Part shown: positions 47,062 through 47,237 of the stretch, piece by piece | Numbering within the stretch: position 1 is the first letter of the stretch | Layout: every line of letters begins with the position of its first letter | Source: Octopus bimaculoides | Lineage: Eukaryota | Reading direction: 5' to 3' | DNA: 47,237 nucleotides | Assembly: GCF_001194135.2 (NCBI RefSeq) | Contig: NC_068992.1 | Span: 4,063,247 to 4,110,483, forward strand | Notes under the pieces: generated by a model | What the model was told of the DNA's origin: nothing | Databases searched by the model: none | Seen by the model: only the letters and a program-made list of their open reading frames with translations | Translations under genes and position numbers: made by a program

Positions 47062-47237
47062 CAGGGTACAGGACGTTAGAACAATAAACTACAGACAACG
47101 GAACGAACATATAGGAAAACGGAAAGCCACTTGGAATATCCCTTCATCAGCTGTCTCTATTCTATCTAGACGTTTCGAAGATAAGACAGAACGTACTCTA
47201 GAATAGTCTCTTCCTGAGTAGTGGATCAACCCACTAC
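47062..47237 (-). mobile_element. Possible Penelope-like terminal fragment (runs off the window)
   Basis: Minus strand carries both hammerhead half-motifs, GAAACGUC (47176-47169) and CUGAUGA (47150-47144), but I cannot fold a complete ribozyme. Confidence 0.3.

Overview
AT-rich, microsatellite-dense eukaryotic genomic DNA from a gapped draft assembly. About 18 N-gaps total roughly 4.4 kb by my count, nearly all flanked by simple repeats. The repeat complement (three tRNA-headed SINE families, R4/Dong, RTE, CR1-like and Tx1-like LINE relics, Penelope-like termini) looks like an octopus/coleoid cephalopod genome; this is inference from remembered repeat families, not a database result. No complete gene, rRNA, tRNA gene or CRISPR array is visible. 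Almost all long ORFs in the track are microsatellite or N-gap artefacts; the few real peptides are transposon fragments. Two low-confidence minus-strand exon candidates suggest the window may be partly intronic. The most interesting signals are: (1) an essentially intact minimal type I hammerhead ribozyme at 31222-31267, plus a degenerate one at 43457-43492, both in short non-coding Penelope-like elements; (2) R4/Dong-type pieces and a non-coding element tied to (TAA)n tracts; (3) a MITE with a clean 8-bp TSD nested in that non-coding element; (4) a SINE family carrying an internal, length-variable microsatellite; (5) a GC-rich hairpin cassette between (TA)n tracts; (6) a rearranged head-to-head Tc1 remnant. 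I found no evidence of a new multi-gene system. Names 'family A/B/C' are my own labels, and degenerate-copy boundaries are approximate.
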